Below, piece after piece: positions 8,436 through 18,469 of a DNA stretch of 64,000 nt; the stretch's first letter is position 1, and each line of letters starts with the position of its first letter. Source of the stretch: a virus; IMG/VR virus record IMGVR_UViG_3300032562_000014, positions 1 to 64,000 of that record, one strand, 5' to 3'. The notes beneath the pieces were generated by a model that had not been told where the DNA came from, did not search any database, and worked only from the letters and a program-made list of their open reading frames with translations. A program made the translations under genes and the position numbers.

Positions 8436-9281
8436 ATGGCCGCAAACAGAAAATATTTACTCCACTTTCCTGAACTATCCGAATATCTATACCGGTACTT
8501 CATGGTACTCCCTATGTCTGAAAAGATGGAGCTATCCTACGAAGAGCAAAAGCTGATAAAGGACGATAAGAGCATCCACCACTTCGTACTTAACGAACCG
8601 ATGGAGAAGCTACTATTCCTGTACGCAAAGACCGGTGGAGAGTTTACCCTTAACCTGGGCGCTCCGGCAGCAATAGAAGAGGCGATAGAGTCCACGCGCT
8701 ACCAGTATGACCATGACCAGAAAAGGCTGGACAGCATAGGCGTAATAACCCGCAGCAACGTATGCTCTGTAAGCTCGCGTGATGTGATGGCCACAGCTAT
8801 CATGTGCGCCCAAAACTGCACCACCGATGTGTACAAGATAAGCCTGTACACCGCCAAGATAGTATCAGAAAAGGAACGCCTGTACAAAAAGCCATACGAT
8901 GCAGTGATGGACGAAGCGCACGAAGGAGTAGCCATTGTCAACAAACTACTGCTGGAGCAACTAAACGCGCTGCCATGGGCCCAGGAAGTGCTGGGAATAG
9001 ACGATACTGACATCAGAATACTGGCAGCCCTATACAACAAAAAGAACGGCGCTATGGACCTGACACAACTATCAGAAATGGCCCGGTCGGAAACTAAAAG
9101 GAAGTACGTAGGCCGCTGGGTGGAGCAACTGGAGAAAAAGGGCTACGTGACCACCGACAGGCCCAAAGAGAAAAAAGTATTTGGCCGGAAGATAAGCTAC
9201 ATGATCAGCACAAAAGGCGTAGGTGTGTTGCTTCGGTATTTGTATTACGTATGGGAAGTTGCTTTTCACGAGAAATGCTAA
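8436..9281 (+). CDS. Protein with C-terminal winged-helix (MarR-like) domain
   Basis: DIRILAAL...LTQLSE...VEQLEKKGYV...YMISTKG pattern. Confidence 0.65.
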   Translation: MAANRKYLLHFPELSEYLYRYFMVLPMSEKMELSYEEQKLIKDDKSIHHFVLNEPMEKLLFLYAKTGGEFTLNLGAPAAIEEAIESTRYQYDHDQKRLDSIGVITRSNVCSVSSRDVMATAIMCAQNCTTDVYKISLYTAKIVSEKERLYKKPYDAVMDEAHEGVAIVNKLLLEQLNALPWAQEVLGIDDTDIRILAALYNKKNGAMDLTQLSEMARSETKRKYVGRWVEQLEKKGYVTTDRPKEKKVFGRKISYMISTKGVGVLLRYLYYVWEVAFHEKC

Positions 9282-9436
9282 AAATAGCAATCATGGATTA
9301 CAGAACAGAAGATGGGGAATTATTCCAGCAGATGAAGGAGCGAGGCTTCACAAAAAGGAGCGAGAGGAAGATAATTCTACTACTGATTACACCCTGGTAG
9401 TAAAATATCCGAAATTTCGATACATTTGTCCTTGTT

Positions 9437-10651
9437 ATGCCAACTCCAATACCCGGCGGAGAGATAACCGCCTTTGAGAATGTAGTAAATTCAGCTCCTT
9501 ACCCTGGCGGCCCTTTCGGTGTGTATGTGCTACAATCATACTTTACAAACTTTGAAGACATACCACGAGCAATAGGAGATCAACTGGATCTGTTTGGCCC
9601 TAACAATACCTACTTAGTAGAGGCGATGAACTCTTTTAATCCCAGCTACTCTACATTAGCTTCGGTAGGCATACTGTTTAAAAATCCGGGCACGAATGCC
9701 ACCAACCCGGTATTGATCATCAACTCTAACTATACCGGCACTATAACGATAAACAGCGCTATTGCAGGGCTTACCATACTCGGCAACAGCGCCATTTCAA
9801 AGATAGTAGTGGCTGCAGGTATTTCGTTGCCAAACTTATACATAGGCCCCGGCGCGAGTGTTGATGTGCTTGATAGTAGCGCTACGGGAGCCTTCGTGAA
9901 CAACATATACCTGGCATACGCAAAGAACACCGCATCATCACTTAATTCAGTAATGGTAGGTAGCGGCATAGGTAATGTACGGGTAGATGATGGCAGTTAC
10001 TATGGAGGTGTAAGCCCTAATGATCCTGACCTGACCTGCGCGGCGGCAGTAACAGGACTTGCGGCGGGTGACATCACACATAACTCAGTAGTGCTGGCAT
10101 GGACACCATACGTGAATGGAGGTTACATCTTTACCAATGTTCTGTACAAGAAAAATGAAAGTGCTGTGTGGCTTCCGGTAGATGATACTGTGGGTGACTA
10201 CGTATACACTGCGGGAGTATTTACGGGCTTCGTTTTTCGTAACCTGGATGCAGATACCTACTACAACTTCAAAGTGACCGTAACGTGCAACAACGGGGGC
10301 GTAGCGAACACTTATATCAACGCACAGACCGTGTGCTGTGGTTCAAATAACAACCTTGTGCCGGCAACAAACTGTAAGATCGTAGTGCTGATAAAGACAT
10401 CGCCAAACCCGGCCAACACGATAACGCTGTGCAATGGTGTGGTGATACCGGCAGAATACCCTGTAGGTACTACACTGACCATACCGTACCTGGCGAATAA
10501 AAACATCACGGCTGACCTGGTAATTGACAATGCCATCTATCAGCTATTCCCGTATAATTCAGTAACAGGAACATGGGATGCTTCAACAACGCCTGTGCTG
10601 GAATTTATAAATGGTAACGTAGTAACTATTAGAGCACAACTTCCTATATAA
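9437..10651 (+). CDS. Virion-associated protein with fibronectin type III domain
   Basis: ITHNSVVLAW...NLDADTYYNFKV FN3 signature; TACATTTG box at 9421..9428. Confidence 0.7.
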   Translation: MPTPIPGGEITAFENVVNSAPYPGGPFGVYVLQSYFTNFEDIPRAIGDQLDLFGPNNTYLVEAMNSFNPSYSTLASVGILFKNPGTNATNPVLIINSNYTGTITINSAIAGLTILGNSAISKIVVAAGISLPNLYIGPGASVDVLDSSATGAFVNNIYLAYAKNTASSLNSVMVGSGIGNVRVDDGSYYGGVSPNDPDLTCAAAVTGLAAGDITHNSVVLAWTPYVNGGYIFTNVLYKKNESAVWLPVDDTVGDYVYTAGVFTGFVFRNLDADTYYNFKVTVTCNNGGVANTYINAQTVCCGSNNNLVPATNCKIVVLIKTSPNPANTITLCNGVVIPAEYPVGTTLTIPYLANKNITADLVIDNAIYQLFPYNSVTGTWDASTTPVLEFINGNVVTIRAQLPI

Positions 10652-10662
10652 AAATTATAAAA

Positions 10663-10962
10663 ATGGAAAATCCAAAACTCGCAGCAGCTCTTGATGTTGT
10701 TGTAGACAATATTAAAAGCGACCAATTTTATTATGATTTGTGGAATAAAGGCATTTCTTTTATTTTTAGCGAAGAATTGAGAAATTCAATGCCAGACCAT
10801 AATCACGATTTTATTGCTGGAATTAGTACGCGAGATACTTCCGTAACGTACAACTACCCTGGCGTATCACAAGACAGTGCGCAATCAGCATGTTCAACCC
10901 TTAATGCTGCTTATCAGGCTTCTCTCGGGGCGGGATCAGCAGATTGCAGATTGGACTACTAA
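10663..10962 (+). CDS. Hypothetical protein
   Basis: 99-aa ORF with A-rich leader. Confidence 0.55.
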   Translation: MENPKLAAALDVVVDNIKSDQFYYDLWNKGISFIFSEELRNSMPDHNHDFIAGISTRDTSVTYNYPGVSQDSAQSACSTLNAAYQASLGAGSADCRLDY

Positions 10963-11008
10963 ATGGCCGGTGGCACGAAATTAAGGGCAGTAACATAAAC
11001 TACACGCT

Positions 11009-11197
11009 ATGTCACTTTTAACCGTAATACTCGTAATTGTCCTTGTCGGTGTCCTACTTTGGGCGATTAACCGCTTTATTCCCATGGATGCAACCATAAA
11101 GAATATTCTGTATTTTGTAGTCGTTCTTGCGCTGATCCTGTGGCTTCTGCAGTCTTTCGGATTGCTGGGTGCGCTGTCTTCTGCGAGAATAAGATAA
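11009..11197 (+). CDS. Small two-TM membrane protein (Thivi_2564-like)
   Basis: GVLLWAINRFIPMD..IK.IL pattern between two hydrophobic helices. Confidence 0.7.
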   Translation: MSLLTVILVIVLVGVLLWAINRFIPMDATIKNILYFVVVLALILWLLQSFGLLGALSSARIR

Positions 11198-11204
11198 ACT
11201 GCCT

Positions 11205-11399
11205 ATGACCTACGCGCAAGCACAGGAATATGTTTTGTGGCACAAGAACTTCGGTGTTGTGGCGCGCCTCATTGATATGGAGCCGATGGACTTCAAGCAA
11301 CGCATATGGCGTGGCCGGGCACATTTTAGTGAACTGGAGAAAGCTGCTATTGCTTATGCTGTTACATGGTTTGTGAAACCGTTTAAGGTTTATGAGTGA
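11205..11399 (+). CDS. Hypothetical protein
   Basis: 64-aa ORF ending flush against the convergent gene. Confidence 0.45.
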   Translation: MTYAQAQEYVLWHKNFGVVARLIDMEPMDFKQRIWRGRAHFSELEKAAIAYAVTWFVKPFKVYE

Positions 11400-12206
11400 C
11401 TATTTTACTCCGCAAAATCCATTGCACTCCATGAGTGGTTCTGCCATGCGTCCTTTCATCATGGATATGTCTTTCATGTGCGGGTATTTTGGGTGCGGCA
11501 GCAGGAATACTAAACCTCCACCTTTTGACTGATCTTTACATATAGTGACCGGCTCGCCTTTCATGTCGGTGTACTTGTGTTCCCGCATGGCCATGGCGTA
11601 AAACCTATCCGGAAAGTCCATTCTGAACTTTTGCCAATAACCTATGCCTCCTTTAACGCAGCCTGTTTTTAGGCAGTTGTTATTGCTGTAGCCCATTTTG
11701 TAGGATACAGGTGGCTCTATGCCGTGCTTTTGTAGGATTTTGATTGCTTCACCCTTCCTGAGTAATTCATTGATCACTGGGAATATGGGTTTGGTGCTCG
11801 GGTAGTTCTTCTTCATTTGCTTTGCCCGGTCAATTTCCTCTGCATCAAATCCAAAGCCTTGATGAGAGAAATTATTACGCACCTGAAAGTCTTCGCGCAC
11901 TATACGTTTTAATTCGGTAGAACAAATGGCTCCTGTTGCTACATTTAGGCTCAGATAATGCTCCCAAACATCTTCAATGCTATCCCATTTGTTGCTGGAG
12001 ATCGTTTCTATGGTTACGCCCCACCATTTTTCACAGTCGGCCTTGAATCTGTAGGTATCATCATCTTCATTCTTTGTGTCTATGAATACTACTCTCACGC
12101 ATTCCTTGCCAAACCATTTAAGGCACAGCCAGCAGGTTATTGCCGAATCGGCGCCGCCTGACCACCAGGCTATTACAGGATTATCTTTACTGATGTTTTC
12201 AAACAT
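11400..12206 (-). CDS. PAPS reductase-like (PP-loop) protein
   Basis: WWSGGADS PP-loop plus Cys motifs C.TELK, NNNC..GCVKGG, ECNGFC; likely start MFENISK at 12206. Confidence 0.8.
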   Translation of the reverse strand: MFENISKDNPVIAWWSGGADSAITCWLCLKWFGKECVRVVFIDTKNEDDDTYRFKADCEKWWGVTIETISSNKWDSIEDVWEHYLSLNVATGAICSTELKRIVREDFQVRNNFSHQGFGFDAEEIDRAKQMKKNYPSTKPIFPVINELLRKGEAIKILQKHGIEPPVSYKMGYSNNNCLKTGCVKGGIGYWQKFRMDFPDRFYAMAMREHKYTDMKGEPVTICKDQSKGGGLVFLLPHPKYPHMKDISMMKGRMAEPLMECNGFCGVK

Positions 12207-12213
12207 AGATAAT

Positions 12214-12323
12214 GATATAAAAAAACAACCCCTTGTAGAGCTTCGGCCTGGCAGCCTCCACTCCGCAAGGGGTAAAATATCGTTTATTAAGTCGTGGCAG
12301 CGACTGTTTGCATGCCAAAAGTA
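12214..12323 (-). promoter_or_regulatory. Promoter box plus structured leader of the PAPS-reductase-like gene
   Basis: TACTTTTG at 12323..12316, small hairpin 12290..12305, and a 13-bp stem (12228..12240 with 12261..12273) followed by a U-tract. Confidence 0.5.
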
Positions 12324-12398
12324 GTATATTTTTCTTGAAAAATAATTTGAAGTGCAAAAATATTCTATCTTTACGCACAATAATACCCAGCACACCTT

Positions 12399-15300
12399 AT
12401 GGCGGCGTTTAAATTCCGTAATGACCTTAGTAAAGGAATAAACTTAGACCTTGACGAAAGCAGGCTTCCGCCGGATACTGCTGTGTTCCTGAAAAACATC
12501 ACGCGGAATGTAAACACCAATGCTGCGGCAGCGGCGCTTGCTGGCTCTAACCAGGACGTATCCACACCAGTAGAAGGTTGCCAGGCGCTAACCATTAGCG
12601 GGATGCCCAGCGGGACCAATTACTGCATAGGGTACTATTCTTCGGAAAGCACTAATGAACTTTACTTCTTCGTCTACAACAGCGCTACCAACCACACTAT
12701 ATGGGTTATTAGCGGCGACACAGGCGTTATCCAAAAGGTATATCAGGGTGCGCTCCTTCAATTTCAGCTTAACCCAAAATATTTCATAGCACAGGGCCGC
12801 AGCACACTAGAGCTTCGCAGCCGGGTAGACCCTACAACAGGACTGCAAAGCAATTTCAAGTTTCTTATATTCACATTCAACTATACAAACCAGTTTTTAA
12901 TTGAAGTCAATTCATCAATCGCGACCAGTTCTTACTCTACATCGTTCTTTACTTCGAGTGCAGCATTTTATAACCCCCTGGAGCTTGTGCATCTTGGAGT
13001 GCCTACTCCGTTAGTAGCAATGGGTATAGACACACCCAACGCTTATACACCAACAACAGCAGATGCCCAGTTGCAGAACATGATCTCGCGCAATGGCTGG
13101 CAGTTCCGTATAAAGACAGTGGACTTCTATGGCCGCGAGTCGGAGCATGGCATTATCAGCGACACAGCAATAGTACTGATCGGTGGTGGCTGCATATCCC
13201 TGAGCAATGGACTTCCCCGGTGTTTCAACCTCAACTTTGATGCCGGTAACCCAATGGTGGACGTTATCCAGATAGAGTACAGGAAGTGGACCGGTGATGG
13301 CAGCGAGTCGGCGATACAAACAGACTGGCTTCTCTATGAGGCTATAAACAAATACGATAACAGCACAGGAGAGTGGTACACAAGGTCTATCAACCCATTG
13401 TTTACCACAGCAGGTAGCGGTATGACCTTCAATGCCGGTACCAACATGATCACCTATGCCTTCTGTGCGGATAAGAACAGCATACCGATAGATAGCGCTG
13501 AAACAAGCCGTACAGAGCCTGAATTGCCCCGTATATCCTCCAGTGTATTCTCCATTCAGGAAAGGATTGGCCTGGCTAATAACATACGGGACTTTGAGCC
13601 TATAGCACAGAGTACGATAGATAAAGTAACATTTGGAGTACAGCCCCCGGCAACAAGCACATGCGCTTCTCCTCCCACAAGGACTATTACTTTCTATGCG
13701 AATATTTATTCCCCGTACAACGACCAATCGCAAATGATAAGAACATCATTTGGGCAGGTTGTGTTTGGTGGTTCTGATAATGGCGGTGGATGTCCGGGCG
13801 GATCATCTAAAACAAGTAGTTTTAATGTAGGACAAGTATTTGGAGATCAAACCGCAGGGAATAGTGGGTTTATTGGCTATCTTGCTGGTACACCATACAA
13901 GTGCATATCTCAGCAGGGTAATTTTGATCTCGGTACCAATACATGGACCTATCAAGGATATGGAAGTGGAATTGCTTTCCCTGGGCAGATCATGCAAAGA
14001 TTTGTAATTACCGATGTACCAGCTGGGAAGTATGTAATAAGAATAGCAAGCCATCATGCAACTGTTAACGACGCTGACTATCAAAACACCTCCACGCAGG
14101 TAGCCGGAGTTGTCCCTATATTTGATCTTGCTATTGCAGGGAATAGGCGGATTAACATGGCGCAGTACCCATATAAAGAAATTGAAGTAGACTGCACAAG
14201 CCTTGATGTGAATTTACATAACTCCGGCGACCCAATGTTTCTTATTTTGGATATGGGTGACGGGAATTATAGCGGCGGCGTTGATGGTTATCTCTATGAA
14301 ACTCCCGGAGGTGCTCCAGTTGAAATGAATCCCATAGCATTTCATGGATATGCTTTTGGGAGCTATTTCACAGATCACAATGGGTATTATTTTGTTTCAT
14401 CAGCGAAACAAGGGGGTATGCCGGCAATTTCTATACTTACTGATTTTTGCGATGGCAATGGTGTTGTGTTAACGCAACGCATTATCCCCTCTCAATCAGG
14501 GATAATACACGGAGATGGGAGTAATACCCCTTCCGGTGCATGTGCGAATAACTTTGGCGCTTGGAAAAATCAGCTATATTTAGCGGGGGGAACTACGGGT
14601 CAAATTGGGCCATACACTTCTTATCCTGCTGCGGCTCGGAGAATAATTAAACAATATTTTGGTACATGCGCAAATCATAGCATAGGCGTTCCGGGAATAC
14701 CAACGGTAATGACTAAATCGCCATGCGCAGTAAGCGACAATTCGGGATATTCAACTATAATTGCACACAATAGATATAATTATTCTACGCTTCCTGTGTC
14801 TGGATTATTTCCTCTTAATTACGCACTCGTCCCTGATTTTTCAACATCTCCAAATAATCAGGATAAGCTGGTTTTTTCTCAAAAAGGAGGATGTCAATGG
14901 GTAGTTTGTGGTAGTTGCGTGACCTCAATGGCGGATGTGACAGTGACATATTTGGCTTGCGGAGCATCTTCTTCTGGGTGTACAGGGACTCCTGCGCCGA
15001 GAACTCTTTGCTTGTCGGCAATATACCTTAATGTTGCTGGGATAAATTTATACGGTGTACAGAGCGGTGGTAAATATCCTGTAGCTTTTTGGCTACATGA
15101 TGTGATTGGAAGACATACAGCCCCGCAGGTTCGGCAAGGCGATACGGCATTTGTAAACATACCAAACTTGAATGATGTAGGTCAGCAGATGTTTGGCCTA
15201 TCCAGTATTAATTTCACTATAGATTCATCATTCTCCGTAGATCCGATGTTCACTAAAATGACATTTTTGGTGGGAGGGAATGTATTGTTCACTGATTATT

Positions 15301-17318
15301 TTAGTTGGGCCGCAGATTGGGTACAGCCGGTGGACATTACAGGTAATACGAATAGCGTAAACCCGGTAGCTATCCGCATCTATTATGGCAGTCTGAATGA
15401 ATACAAAAAGGCAAATAATTTCAGCGTAAATTGTGACTGGCAGTTCATATCAGATCAGGGATTAAACACCGAAGGCGCGCCGATAGAGGGTGATGTTGCA
15501 CAATTTATTATGAATGGATTCGGTACAACCACAGTAGGCGGTACTGCATGGCTACCTTCTGTTATTTCAGCGCCGGTGACATATGATAGTAGCGGTGCAT
15601 TTTTTACAATACAATATTTACCGGAATTAGCGAGCCTTACTAATGAATGTTTGTTTCGCATCATACGGCCTTCACAAGATATGAGTGCGGAGTTTGTTTC
15701 TTTATTTGAGCAGTGCCTTACTATTGATCTTGTAGCTGGTGTGCCGCAAGTATTGTCTGGCATATTACCTTACGAGGATAGTTATTTACTTTCCCGACTA
15801 TTGCCGGTGCCAAGGTTAAAAGGGCAGGCGGGGCCAATATCTCCAAGCACCTACTCCGCAACACCTGTTCCAGCGCTTCAATACACCAGTACCAATTTAG
15901 ATACGGCACTTGTGGCGAGTGGTATTGCTACAAACAATGTGGACAACAATAATGGCGTAGTGATATTCGATACAGTAGATGATAGCGTATCGGTAGCCTT
16001 TTACTTTGAAAGCCCATCCCCATCAGACTTTTACGGTAGTCACCTCGCGAGCCGTGGCCGTGTAGGAGTAGCCAATCCTTACGAAAGACAACTACGTATA
16101 GGTACAGAGATAGCGCTATCGGACACATCCGATGACCGCAGCACACTAAACGGGCTCTCTTATTTTGAGAGCCAGAACGCGCAGACCTTCGACAGGAACA
16201 CATGGGGAGATATAACAGTAGTGCTCAATGAAACGAGCATGATCATGGCTATATGCACAGCAGACCATTTCGTGGCCCGGTACAACACCACACAACTTCG
16301 CGTGGATGGCAACGGCAACGTGCTGGCGCAAAACCCCAATGGTATCTTCACTCAGCCTGAAAGAAAGAACGGGCAGAACTTCGGCTGCATACAATCCAAC
16401 ATCAATACTGTAGTAAAATACGGAGGAACGGTAGTATGGCTGGATGCAAAAGGACATCTTGTATTCTCTAACTTTAGCGATACACTTCCCGTGGAACAAC
16501 AGGGCTACATGGGCTACCTGCTGAACAAGATAGCAAAAGTAAACCTGCTGAACATGAATCCCGGTACTAACGGATTATCCTACTTTCACGGCAGCATAGA
16601 TCCTAAGACCTTGGAGTACATGCTTACCATGTTCAACATACCAGCATCAGGTAGTCCTGCGTATCTCAATGCCAATAGCGTACCCACACTTACCAGCAAC
16701 GAAACACTGGTATTTGATGTAAGCACAGGGGGCATACTAAAATGCTTCCCGTCCTTCACGCCGGAGATGTACGCGCCATTCCCTGGCTACTACCTCCAGC
16801 GCAACTTCCTGTCATTCAAAAACGGTGTACCGTATATCCATCATAATACCTTCGCAAACACAGTAGCGCCCCCATCTTATGCTAACTTCTACGGTACACA
16901 GTGCGAATGTAGAATAACAGTTGTAGGTAATCCCGGCCCGGATAAGGTGAAGCGCTACTTCTATATTGAACTATATAGTAGACAGGCATTGTTCACAGGT
17001 ATAGCAGGTACGCCAATACAGCCGGTATTCTACGCAGATGTAATCACCACAGAAAAGAACCAGTTAAGCCGGATAAAACCGCTGCGCTGGGTGCAGAAAG
17101 ATGGTATATGGTGTTCCGAGTTTGTGAATGACCTAAATACGCCTCCCGACATTAACCTTGTTCCGCAGACGGGTGCAAACAAGCTACTGGACGGTAATCC
17201 TTTGCAGGGAAGATGGATAAAATGCTCACTTGTAACGCAAAGTTCATACGCGGGAACATATTTTGAAGTATCTTCGCTTGTAATATATGGCAACGGTGTT
17301 GAAAAAAGCATCGGATAA
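12399..17318 (+). CDS. Tail stabilisation / nozzle protein (crAss-like, P22 gp10-like), with large central insertion
   Basis: N-terminal GINLDLDESRLP and C-terminal NP...KRY...W..K.G.W...G..LQGRW motifs are typical of podoviral stabilisation proteins; 1639 aa. Confidence 0.7.
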   Translation: MAAFKFRNDLSKGINLDLDESRLPPDTAVFLKNITRNVNTNAAAAALAGSNQDVSTPVEGCQALTISGMPSGTNYCIGYYSSESTNELYFFVYNSATNHTIWVISGDTGVIQKVYQGALLQFQLNPKYFIAQGRSTLELRSRVDPTTGLQSNFKFLIFTFNYTNQFLIEVNSSIATSSYSTSFFTSSAAFYNPLELVHLGVPTPLVAMGIDTPNAYTPTTADAQLQNMISRNGWQFRIKTVDFYGRESEHGIISDTAIVLIGGGCISLSNGLPRCFNLNFDAGNPMVDVIQIEYRKWTGDGSESAIQTDWLLYEAINKYDNSTGEWYTRSINPLFTTAGSGMTFNAGTNMITYAFCADKNSIPIDSAETSRTEPELPRISSSVFSIQERIGLANNIRDFEPIAQSTIDKVTFGVQPPATSTCASPPTRTITFYANIYSPYNDQSQMIRTSFGQVVFGGSDNGGGCPGGSSKTSSFNVGQVFGDQTAGNSGFIGYLAGTPYKCISQQGNFDLGTNTWTYQGYGSGIAFPGQIMQRFVITDVPAGKYVIRIASHHATVNDADYQNTSTQVAGVVPIFDLAIAGNRRINMAQYPYKEIEVDCTSLDVNLHNSGDPMFLILDMGDGNYSGGVDGYLYETPGGAPVEMNPIAFHGYAFGSYFTDHNGYYFVSSAKQGGMPAISILTDFCDGNGVVLTQRIIPSQSGIIHGDGSNTPSGACANNFGAWKNQLYLAGGTTGQIGPYTSYPAAARRIIKQYFGTCANHSIGVPGIPTVMTKSPCAVSDNSGYSTIIAHNRYNYSTLPVSGLFPLNYALVPDFSTSPNNQDKLVFSQKGGCQWVVCGSCVTSMADVTVTYLACGASSSGCTGTPAPRTLCLSAIYLNVAGINLYGVQSGGKYPVAFWLHDVIGRHTAPQVRQGDTAFVNIPNLNDVGQQMFGLSSINFTIDSSFSVDPMFTKMTFLVGGNVLFTDYFSWAADWVQPVDITGNTNSVNPVAIRIYYGSLNEYKKANNFSVNCDWQFISDQGLNTEGAPIEGDVAQFIMNGFGTTTVGGTAWLPSVISAPVTYDSSGAFFTIQYLPELASLTNECLFRIIRPSQDMSAEFVSLFEQCLTIDLVAGVPQVLSGILPYEDSYLLSRLLPVPRLKGQAGPISPSTYSATPVPALQYTSTNLDTALVASGIATNNVDNNNGVVIFDTVDDSVSVAFYFESPSPSDFYGSHLASRGRVGVANPYERQLRIGTEIALSDTSDDRSTLNGLSYFESQNAQTFDRNTWGDITVVLNETSMIMAICTADHFVARYNTTQLRVDGNGNVLAQNPNGIFTQPERKNGQNFGCIQSNINTVVKYGGTVVWLDAKGHLVFSNFSDTLPVEQQGYMGYLLNKIAKVNLLNMNPGTNGLSYFHGSIDPKTLEYMLTMFNIPASGSPAYLNANSVPTLTSNETLVFDVSTGGILKCFPSFTPEMYAPFPGYYLQRNFLSFKNGVPYIHHNTFANTVAPPSYANFYGTQCECRITVVGNPGPDKVKRYFYIELYSRQALFTGIAGTPIQPVFYADVITTEKNQLSRIKPLRWVQKDGIWCSEFVNDLNTPPDINLVPQTGANKLLDGNPLQGRWIKCSLVTQSSYAGTYFEVSSLVIYGNGVEKSIG

Positions 17319-17330
17319 TCACACACAACT

Positions 17331-17636
17331 ATGTACACTAAAGACGAACTATCTCTCTTCACAGAAGAGCAACTACGAGAAAAGTTGCAACTTGCCTCAC
17401 AGGAAGTAGATGTGCTGCGCAAAGAAGTGGATGAACTTATTCCAAAGGTATTCACCTCGCATCCGGCACTCACGCCAGCACAAAATGCAGATGTAAACCT
17501 GCTAATGAATAGCAAGTTTATCTTCAATGAAGAGCATCGTGATGCGTTTATAGGAACCTATGTGGAAGGCCGAAAAAGCCGCGACAAAGAAGTAGCTGAT
17601 CTTATGAGCAAACTTAAATCTGGTGGACATGTTTAA
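17331..17636 (+). CDS. Hypothetical coiled-coil protein
   Basis: 101-aa ORF with CACACAACT leader. Confidence 0.6.
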   Translation: MYTKDELSLFTEEQLREKLQLASQEVDVLRKEVDELIPKVFTSHPALTPAQNADVNLLMNSKFIFNEEHRDAFIGTYVEGRKSRDKEVADLMSKLKSGGHV

Positions 17637-18342
17637 ATGGCCTTGGGTTAAAACACCGAGAATAGTAATACCGGCATTGACGCGAGAAGCTGCGCCTGTT
17701 AAGGTTGAATTACCTTTTATCGCAGCAGAGGCGGTGAAGCCAGATGTAGATGCACCGCACGATGATCAAATGACTAAAATGTGGCCAATAAATCACGAAT
17801 TGGATGAAATGATTAATTCGTTGAAACCTATAAAATTTATTACTGACCCAGATTTTAATATAGATGAAGTTAGGGGACAAAAACACACATTTATATTGGG
17901 CTCTCCAATACCTTTATCACAACTAACAGCCACGCAACCACAGCTAAACAAAAACAGCATAACTATGTCACAAACATTCCTACAAAGGATAGAAACAGGA
18001 GTACAGAACTTCCTGAACAACGTAGAAAAGAAACTGCCAACGGTACTCGAAGAAGGTGCCGAATTTGGCTTGAAGTACACAGCGCTATTCCAGTCATGGA
18101 TAGACAGCGGCGCAGTAACAGACATCACTACCCTGGTGCCAGCCACAGAGCCATTAAAGGTAGAGATAGACGCTATTCTTGCGCAACTGAAAACAGCCTT
18201 CACGGCAATAGACAGCGCCTTCGCAAAAGGTACGTTGTTCATTGCAGCAGGTAAGATCGGCCAGCTACAAACAGGCGTTGATGTGCCATTGAGCCACGTA
18301 TTGCTTGCCGTACAGGCGAAGTACGACACAAAGACTGCGTAA
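17623..18342 (+). CDS. Hypothetical protein (possible alternative start at 17965)
   Basis: 239-aa ORF; internal MSQTFLQ has an A-rich leader. Confidence 0.6.
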   Translation: MDMFKWPWVKTPRIVIPALTREAAPVKVELPFIAAEAVKPDVDAPHDDQMTKMWPINHELDEMINSLKPIKFITDPDFNIDEVRGQKHTFILGSPIPLSQLTATQPQLNKNSITMSQTFLQRIETGVQNFLNNVEKKLPTVLEEGAEFGLKYTALFQSWIDSGAVTDITTLVPATEPLKVEIDAILAQLKTAFTAIDSAFAKGTLFIAAGKIGQLQTGVDVPLSHVLLAVQAKYDTKTA

Positions 18343-18469
18343 TGGCCGGTGCCGCATAAGAAAGTAGCCATGCGCACGGATCGAAGACAGCCTTTAAAGG
18401 TAGGCTCTAAACCGTAATGTTAGCACAGTAGCAGTCTGGGGGTAATCTAAAACTGCAAAAAAATCAAAA

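Noticed and set aside
18343-18460. HDV-like/theta ribozyme or tRNA starting GGCCGG
   Set aside because: There is no downstream complement for a P1 helix, no HDV core, and no cloverleaf or TTC loop; kept only as a weak structured-RNA candidate.
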